Source: a bacterium (GTDB taxonomy: Bacteria > UBP14 > UBA6098). Taken from it: a stretch of DNA of 64,000 bases. Shown here one piece after another: positions 58,623 through 64,000 of this stretch. A model generated the notes under the pieces. That model was given only the letters and a program-made list of their open reading frames with translations. It made no database searches and was not told where the DNA came from. How positions within the stretch are numbered: position 1 is the first letter of the stretch; every line of letters begins with the position of its first letter. Made by a program: the position numbers and the translations under genes. The stretch lies in assembly GCA_023145965.1 (NCBI GenBank), contig JAGLDC010000035.1:14462-78461 (forward strand), given 5' to 3'.

Positions 58623-60275
58623 ATGAGTCGAAAAACATTTATTGCAGCAGTTGTTTGCTGTTGCGCCTTTTCTGTCATTGCGGAAGTTAAACAAATTGGA
58701 TTCATGACACAGGGAATATCGCATTCGACATATGATAATATGACGTCTGTGCTCGAAAGCGCAGATTTTCATTGCGAAATCCACGAGTTTTGGGATTTCA
58801 CTACTGCAACAGCCGATACCTTCGATTCGCTGGATATTTTTATCGTCCCTAATGCTTCGTATCTAACCACTCCGGACGCCATACGCGATCATTTCGGGCC
58901 GATCATACGCCCATGGGTCGAGTCCGGTGGTTTGTTGATTGTTTTTTACAGGGTTGGCATCTGCTTCATCAACGATGTCAGCCTTTCGCGAATCGGCGAC
59001 TATTCCTCCTTCGACAGCACGCTCTATATTGCAGATGCTGGCCATCCGGTTGCCTCCGGGGTTGATCCCTCTTTCCTTGGAACCGGTAATTGTTGCATTA
59101 CAGACGATTGCCCCGATTACACTCCAATTCTAACAAATCATGCCGAAATACGCGTTAACTCGGGATTCGAAGAACTTGTCTCCGGTTGCGTTGTCTTTCT
59201 CGGATGGGATTATACATTCCGTTCGGAAAATCAAGATTCAATTTTCACGAATGCAATTCGCTATTGGTCGATGGTTTCCGAAGGCCCGATTTGCAGGAGT
59301 GTTTTCCCTCACGATGGCTCCTGGGTTTCATCGGACACGGCAATTGTGCTGGATTTCTTCGACTCCGATGGTCTCGACGCCGCGACAGCCTCGGTAATCG
59401 TAAACGGTGTTACCTATAGCGTTCTCGATCCTGAGTTGACCATATCCGGTGATAGCCTTATTTTCGAACCTACAACATCCTGGGTCGATGGCGATACGAT
59501 CACATTCGAACTTGTGGGTATCGAAGACGCACTCGGTCACGAATCCCCAGACAGCGGCCTCAGTGTAACATATTATATCGATAAAGCAACGCCGTTTATT
59601 ACATATCGCGAACCCGACTCTGCAGTCGTTTTCACCGAGACGCCGACCGGCGCACTCATTCGTTTTGCGGATGCTGGTTGCGGTATTGACAGCATTGGCT
59701 GGAGCCTTAATATCGAGGGCGTCGATGTCGATCCTTCCGGTGCTGGGGTCTATCTCGAAGGCGATTCTACGGTGATCTTGGATTTTGCTAGCGCGGGGAT
59801 ATCCATTACTTCGGGCGATACTGCGTTTATTTCGCTTTCATTATGGGATGCACCGGATGTCGGCGCGGCGAATACTGTGGAACTATCCTGGTGGTTCCTC
59901 GTAGCCACCGGTATCGCGGATGTAGCCACGCCGGATAATTTTGCAATCTCGGCGTATCCGAACCCCTTCAATTCGGCGGTTACAATTTCTTTCGACGGCA
60001 TAGGGGCAATTCATGAATTGCCCCTATGCGTGGAAATCTTCGACCTCGCCGGTCGGCGCGTAGCGCGTTTGCCCTCACCCTCGGTCCCTCTCCCAGGGGG
60101 AGAGGGAGGGAATTCCTTCTCCCTTTGGGAGAAGGTGGCCGAAGGCCGGATGAGGGCCGAATATATCTGGCAACCCGACGCCGCAATCGGTTCCGGCGTC
60201 TATCTCGTCCGCGCAACATTTCCGCAACAGACGACTTCAGCCGCCTGCACGAAGCGGGTGGTGTATTTGAAATGA
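58623..60275 (+). CDS. Secreted protein: glutamine-amidotransferase-like N-domain + Ig-like repeat module + T9SS type A-like CTD
   Basis: AGGAG SD, signal peptide, LDIFIVP..WVESGGLLIV, one copy of the module repeated in 46233-52106, AYPNPFNS..KRVVYLK. Confidence 0.78.
   Translation: MSRKTFIAAVVCCCAFSVIAEVKQIGFMTQGISHSTYDNMTSVLESADFHCEIHEFWDFTTATADTFDSLDIFIVPNASYLTTPDAIRDHFGPIIRPWVESGGLLIVFYRVGICFINDVSLSRIGDYSSFDSTLYIADAGHPVASGVDPSFLGTGNCCITDDCPDYTPILTNHAEIRVNSGFEELVSGCVVFLGWDYTFRSENQDSIFTNAIRYWSMVSEGPICRSVFPHDGSWVSSDTAIVLDFFDSDGLDAATASVIVNGVTYSVLDPELTISGDSLIFEPTTSWVDGDTITFELVGIEDALGHESPDSGLSVTYYIDKATPFITYREPDSAVVFTETPTGALIRFADAGCGIDSIGWSLNIEGVDVDPSGAGVYLEGDSTVILDFASAGISITSGDTAFISLSLWDAPDVGAANTVELSWWFLVATGIADVATPDNFAISAYPNPFNSAVTISFDGIGAIHELPLCVEIFDLAGRRVARLPSPSVPLPGGEGGNSFSLWEKVAEGRMRAEYIWQPDAAIGSGVYLVRATFPQQTTSAACTKRVVYLK
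59998..60029. repeat. Perfect 32-bp palindrome, GTAG-family REP-like, inside CDS
   Basis: GCATAGGGGCAATTCA|TGAATTGCCCCTATGC. Confidence 0.9.
60071..60157. repeat. 87-bp BoxC-like multi-hairpin element inside CDS
   Basis: Outer stem GCCCTCA/TGAGGGC. Inner hairpins TCCCTCTCCC/GGGAGAGGGA, CCTTCTCCC/GGGAGAAGG, GGCC/GGCC. Confidence 0.85.
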
Positions 60276-60279
60276 CGCC

Positions 60280-60354
60280 GACTCCGCCAAAGGCGGTTGA
60301 GGCCAAACGCCCGTCGGCGCGTGCCGACCGAAACGGGTGGTGTATCTAAAGTAG
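60280..60354 (+). repeat. Third diverged copy of the 51-nt element followed by a duplicated CTD 3' end
   Basis: ..AACGCCCGTCGGCGCGTGCCG.. then AAACGGGTGGTGTATCTAAAGTAG (KRVVYLK*). Confidence 0.8.
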
Positions 60355-60497
60355 TATTATGTCATTAGATTACAGATTTAGTTGAGACCTTAGGTTAAGG
60401 CCGCAGTTGTGGTAATCAGGTATCAAAATTGCTTCCTCATTGGAAGGACATCGATTATTTCTAATACCCACTACCTTTTAACTTTTTAAATTATAAC

Positions 60498-60526
60498 TTG
60501 ACAATTCAAAAACCTGTGTATAGTAT
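60498..60526 (+). promoter_or_regulatory. Putative rpmE promoter TTGACA-N17-TAGTAT
   Basis: Near consensus, upstream of the GGAGGT SD. Confidence 0.65.
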
Positions 60527-60562
60527 TTCGTTTCTAGAATCAACCGATATGGAGGTAACGAT

Positions 60563-60796
60563 ATGAGAAAAAAAATACATCCTAAATACTACCAGGCGAA
60601 GGTCACCTGCGCTTGTGGAAGTAGTTGGACTGTTGGAAGCACCAAAAAAGAGATACAGCTTGATCTATGTTCCGCATGCCATCCTTTCTTCACAGGAAAA
60701 CAGAAAATGGTTGACACCGCCGGTCGTGTGGAAAAATTCCGCAGAAAGTATGGCATCGTCGATAAAACGGCTGAAGCCATACAGAAAAAGAAATAA
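60563..60796 (+). CDS. rpmE: 50S ribosomal protein L31 (zinc-binding type)
   Basis: IHPKY..CACG..CSACHPFFTGKQ..GRVEKF. Confidence 0.97.
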   Translation: MRKKIHPKYYQAKVTCACGSSWTVGSTKKEIQLDLCSACHPFFTGKQKMVDTAGRVEKFRRKYGIVDKTAEAIQKKK

Positions 60797-60817
60797 CTCG
60801 ATTTCGAGCTTGGTTTC

Positions 60818-60846
60818 AAAAAAACCGCCATCATTGGCGGTTTTTT
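60818..60846 (+). terminator. Intrinsic terminator
   Basis: AAAACCGCCA-TCAT-TGGCGGTTTTTT. Confidence 0.85.
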
Positions 60847-60905
60847 GTTGTTTTATATTTCTAAAGCTATATTTTAAAAAGTTAATTCTTTGCAAGGAGA
60901 AAAAT

Positions 60906-61724
60906 ATGAATGATTTCTTTAGAAAAATTGAAACCAATTTCAAAAGCAGGGGAACATGCCTTTGTGTCGGACTCGACCCTGATCCTCTTAGAATCCCCGA
61001 GCGATATAAATCAAGCACAACCCCGATTTACGATTTTCTCGCGGACATTGTAAATGCAACCTCCGACTTGGTTTGTTCATATAAACCTAACATGGCCTTT
61101 TTCGAGTCTGCCGGCCCCGAAGGCCTTATTCAGCTTGCTAAGCTAATCGAACACATTCGCAATGTCGATCCGGAGATACCGATTATACTCGATGCCAAAC
61201 GCGGCGACATCGGTAACACAGCAAAACATTATGCCACGACTATTTTCGATACCTATTCCGCCGATGGCACCACAGTCAATCCATACATGGGTGCAGATAC
61301 ACTAGAATCCTTTACTGATCGGCAAGAAAAAGGTGTCTTCGTCCTTTGCCTCACTAGCAATCCCGGCTACATCGATTTCGAAAACCTATCCGTTAAGGGC
61401 GATCCATTGTTCATCCATGTTGCGCGGAAGATGGCCGAGATAAACAGGAATGAGAATATCGCGCTGGTTGTAGGTGCAACACATCCGGCTGAGGCCGAAA
61501 AAATCCGCAATATCGCACCCGATCTACCTTTCTTGATGCCCGGCATAGGAGCTCAAGGCGGCGATCCCGCAATGATTATGAAGATTGGTAAAACCGCGAG
61601 CGGGCTTCCACCGATAGTTAACAGCTCCCGGAGCATCCTTTATCCAAAGGATGCTACTACTGCCTCCACGCGTGAAGCTGCACTCAAAACAAGAGACTTA
61701 TTAAACAAATATATTAATTCCTAA
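60906..61724 (+). CDS. pyrF: Orotidine-5'-phosphate decarboxylase (type 2)
   Basis: LCVGLDP, YKPN, DAKRGDIGNT, PGIGAQGG, NSSRSI. Start 60906 follows AGGAG. Confidence 0.95.
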   Translation: MNDFFRKIETNFKSRGTCLCVGLDPDPLRIPERYKSSTTPIYDFLADIVNATSDLVCSYKPNMAFFESAGPEGLIQLAKLIEHIRNVDPEIPIILDAKRGDIGNTAKHYATTIFDTYSADGTTVNPYMGADTLESFTDRQEKGVFVLCLTSNPGYIDFENLSVKGDPLFIHVARKMAEINRNENIALVVGATHPAEAEKIRNIAPDLPFLMPGIGAQGGDPAMIMKIGKTASGLPPIVNSSRSILYPKDATTASTREAALKTRDLLNKYINS

Positions 61725-61733
61725 GGAGATAAA

Positions 61734-62309
61734 ATGCCGGAAAAAGATATTCTACAACGCCTTACAGAAACCGAAGCCATGCTCGAAGGGCACTTCCTTC
61801 TCAGCTCGGGTTTGCACTCGAATAAGTATATCCAATGTGCCAAGCTCCTTCAATATCCCGATAATGCCACCTGGGTTGGCGAAAAACTCGCTGAAAAGGT
61901 TTCAGTCGATGGTATAGAATTGGTCGTCAGCCCTGCAATTGGGGGGATAGTTATTGGCCAGGAGGTTGCCAAGGCGCTAGGAGTGCCTCATATATTCGTT
62001 GAAAAGGTTAACGGCACACCAACGCTTAGACGCGGTTTTTCAGTCAAGCCGGGGGCTAAGATTCTTGTTGTGGAGGATGTTATCACCACTGGTAAATCGA
62101 CTAAAGAGGTTATCGATGTCATCGATGGCACAGGTGGCAAAGTCGTTGCTTTTAGCGCCATGGTTGACCGTGGTGGTTCAGCAAATATAAAGCTTCCTTT
62201 TGCGGCGCTATTGAAACTCGATATCGAGGTTTTTCAGCCTAACGACTGCCCTCTATGTAAATCCGGTATCCCGGTGGTTAAACCCGGCAGCAGAATACAA
62301 AAGAAATAG
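61734..62309 (+). CDS. pyrE: Orotate phosphoribosyltransferase
   Basis: GHFLLSSGLHS, VVEDVITTG, CPLC..KPGSR. Confidence 0.95.
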   Translation: MPEKDILQRLTETEAMLEGHFLLSSGLHSNKYIQCAKLLQYPDNATWVGEKLAEKVSVDGIELVVSPAIGGIVIGQEVAKALGVPHIFVEKVNGTPTLRRGFSVKPGAKILVVEDVITTGKSTKEVIDVIDGTGGKVVAFSAMVDRGGSANIKLPFAALLKLDIEVFQPNDCPLCKSGIPVVKPGSRIQKK

Positions 62310-62374
62310 GCCAATTTTTTCACTTCTTACAACTATTTGATTGCTTAAAGAAGGCGCTTTTCTCAGCTACATCT

Positions 62375-62514
62375 CGCTGTCACGATTTTTGCTATTTTTA
62401 AGTTTTTGGTAGTAATATACATTTTCCCGCGCAAAAATCCCCATCGACCACCCCTCTGTCACGAAATTTGCATAGCGGGCAAATTTCGTGACATCGTCCT
62501 TCCCCGCGCCAGCG
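62375..62514. repeat. Dispersed intergenic repeat, copy 2, with inserted 15-bp-arm palindrome
   Basis: Homologous to 52279-52376, with extra TGTCACGAAATTTGC-ATAGCGG-GCAAATTTCGTGACA at 62457-62493. Confidence 0.8.
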
Positions 62515-62732
62515 AGGGTTTTTTCTGGCGAAATAACAGCTTTTTTTATATTTGGGATTGCCTCTTATATATATTCTTTTACATATTGCTGAAATAATAA
62601 ACTGCAATTAAATATACTGTTTTGGTTAGGGCTGGCATTTGAATCGCTTGTGTAAAAGATGTTTAGCGATTGACACACGATGTCGATAATCATATAATTT
62701 ATCGAATTTTAAATCGATATGTGGAGGCAAAT

Positions 62733-63734
62733 ATGACTGAAATGAAAACTGATGTTCTTGCGATAAAAGAACTTGCAAACTCTGCTGATAAAATAAAAAA
62801 AGAAATTGCAAAAGTCATTGTCGGGCAAGAGAAGGTTATCGATGAGATGATGGTTGCACTTCTCTCGGGTGGCCATGTTCTTTTAATCGGTGTGCCTGGG
62901 CTTGCTAAAACACTCATGATCTCGACTTTGGCGCAGGCTTTAGATCTCAAGTTTAACCGTATTCAGTTCACGCCAGATTTAATGCCATCGGATATTACTG
63001 GCACAGAGATTCTCGAAGAGGATAGAACTAGCGGGACCCGGGTTTTCCGTTTCTTGAGCGGTCCAGTTTTCTGTAATATTCTTTTAACTGATGAAATAAA
63101 CCGCACACCTCCAAAAACGCAAGCTGCGCTTCTTCAAGCGATGCAAGAACATGAGGTTTCTGCCGGGGATAAGACATTCAAGCTTGATATGCCGTTTTTT
63201 GTTCTTTCGACACAGAATCCCATTGAACAAGAAGGCACATACCCTCTCCCCGAGGCTCAACTCGACCGTTTCATGTTGAATATTTACATAGATTATCCCA
63301 CAGAGAAAGAGGAGATGGAGATAGTCCGCTATACAACCGGTGCACGAATTCCTGTTGTTGAGAGTGTTTTAGATGCTACAAAGATAATCGAACTTCAGAA
63401 CCTTGTTCGGCGTATCCCTGCAGCAGATTACGTAATTCAGTATGCAATCGATCTTGTGCGCAATAGCAGACCGGAGACAACGACACTCGACTATATCAAG
63501 AAGTGGGTTCGCTGGGGTGCTGGCCCTCGTGCAGGACAATTCTTAACACTTGGAGCAAAAACCGTTGCGGCTCTCGATGGTAGGGTTACACCGGGGATCG
63601 AAGATATTCAACAAATAATACTTCCGGTTTTAAGACACAGGATTATAACTAGCTTCACAGCCGATGCCGAGGGCATAACAACCGACGATATCATCAAAAA
63701 ACTGGTGAAGGATATAGTTCCTCCAAAAAAATAA
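62733..63734 (+). CDS. MoxR family AAA+ ATPase
   Basis: GVPGLAKT, RIQFTPDLMPSD, DEINR.PPKTQ, QNPIEQEGTYPLPEAQLDRF. Start follows GGAGG. Confidence 0.95.
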   Translation: MTEMKTDVLAIKELANSADKIKKEIAKVIVGQEKVIDEMMVALLSGGHVLLIGVPGLAKTLMISTLAQALDLKFNRIQFTPDLMPSDITGTEILEEDRTSGTRVFRFLSGPVFCNILLTDEINRTPPKTQAALLQAMQEHEVSAGDKTFKLDMPFFVLSTQNPIEQEGTYPLPEAQLDRFMLNIYIDYPTEKEEMEIVRYTTGARIPVVESVLDATKIIELQNLVRRIPAADYVIQYAIDLVRNSRPETTTLDYIKKWVRWGAGPRAGQFLTLGAKTVAALDGRVTPGIEDIQQIILPVLRHRIITSFTADAEGITTDDIIKKLVKDIVPPKK

Positions 63735-63868
63735 ATAATCGAAATCGGTTAATAAAAATATTTCAAATTATTTGTTTTCTCGTAGAAGCACGAATTCGAG
63801 GTATGTGTTTAGTTCCCTAAATATAATGCGTTAATAAAAAAAGTGAATTTTCAGGGCCAATTCTTTAA

Positions 63869-64000
63869 ATGCGCGAGATCGAAAACAACATAAAACAGTT
63901 TATCGATGAAAGCCAGTTCTTCGAGCTTAAATCGATACTCAACGAACTCGAGCCGATAGAGGTCGAGGAGCTTCTCAACGATCTGCCTCAAACGGATTGG
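63869..64000 (+). CDS. Probable magnesium transporter MgtE, N-terminus (3' truncated by window)
   Basis: MREIENNIKQFIDESQFFELKSILNELEPIEVEELLNDLP resembles the MgtE N-domain. Only 44 codons are visible. Confidence 0.55.
   Translation, partial: MREIENNIKQFIDESQFFELKSILNELEPIEVEELLNDLPQTDW

Noticed and set aside
59980-60349. Alternative ORFs 59980-60306(-) and 60026-60349(+)
   Set aside because: Stop-poor GC-rich palindromic DNA overlapping a real CDS, with no independent protein features.
58214-60354. Diversity-generating retroelement TR/VR pair
   Set aside because: Mismatches between copies are not confined to adenines (e.g. C/G, C/T), and no reverse transcriptase is in the window.
60615-60905. 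Long N-terminal extension of PyrF
   Set aside because: Overlaps rpmE and its terminator. The SD supports ATG 60906.
1-64000. CRISPR array, rRNA, tRNA, transposase, integrase or prophage genes
   Set aside because: No regularly spaced repeats, cloverleaf with T-loop consensus, or recognisable motifs seen by eye. A short or atypical RNA could have been missed.

Overview
A 64-kb, moderately AT-rich stretch of bacterial chromosome, most consistent with a diderm FCB-group candidate lineage (inference from a short Bacteroidota-type RpoD and many T9SS-type C-terminal sorting domains). Housekeeping genes (dnaE 3' end, rlmD, rsmE, a tatD-rsmA fusion, rarA, ROK kinase, rpoD, lysS, lolC/E, rpmE, pyrF, pyrE, MoxR ATPase, mgtE 5' end) are interleaved with large secreted proteins (M1 and S8 peptidases, a vWA-cohesin protein, a 1957-aa repeat protein, a CocE/NonD hydrolase), a pgsB-pgsC-pgsW poly-gamma-glutamate cluster and a putative sigma54-driven operon with a Trp/Cys/Tyr-rich protein. 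I found no rRNA, tRNA, CRISPR array, transposase or reverse transcriptase. The most unusual signal is at 58160-60354. The DNA for the T9SS C-terminal domains of two adjacent, otherwise unrelated genes is GC-rich, shares identical nucleotide tracts, and carries several different palindromic/REP-like elements inserted in frame at equivalent loop positions. A spare duplicated C-terminus follows, and an orphan CTD remnant lies at 41 kb. This suggests the sorting domain behaves as a recombining cassette that accumulates short palindromic elements. Also noted: a nested hairpin element at 41.5 kb, a dispersed two-copy structured intergenic repeat (52.3 and 62.4 kb), a Cys-covarying repeat module shared by three secreted proteins, and a recurring TTGAnn-N16/17-TAnnTT promoter, often placed for leaderless transcription. 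All family assignments come from motif recognition, not database searches.
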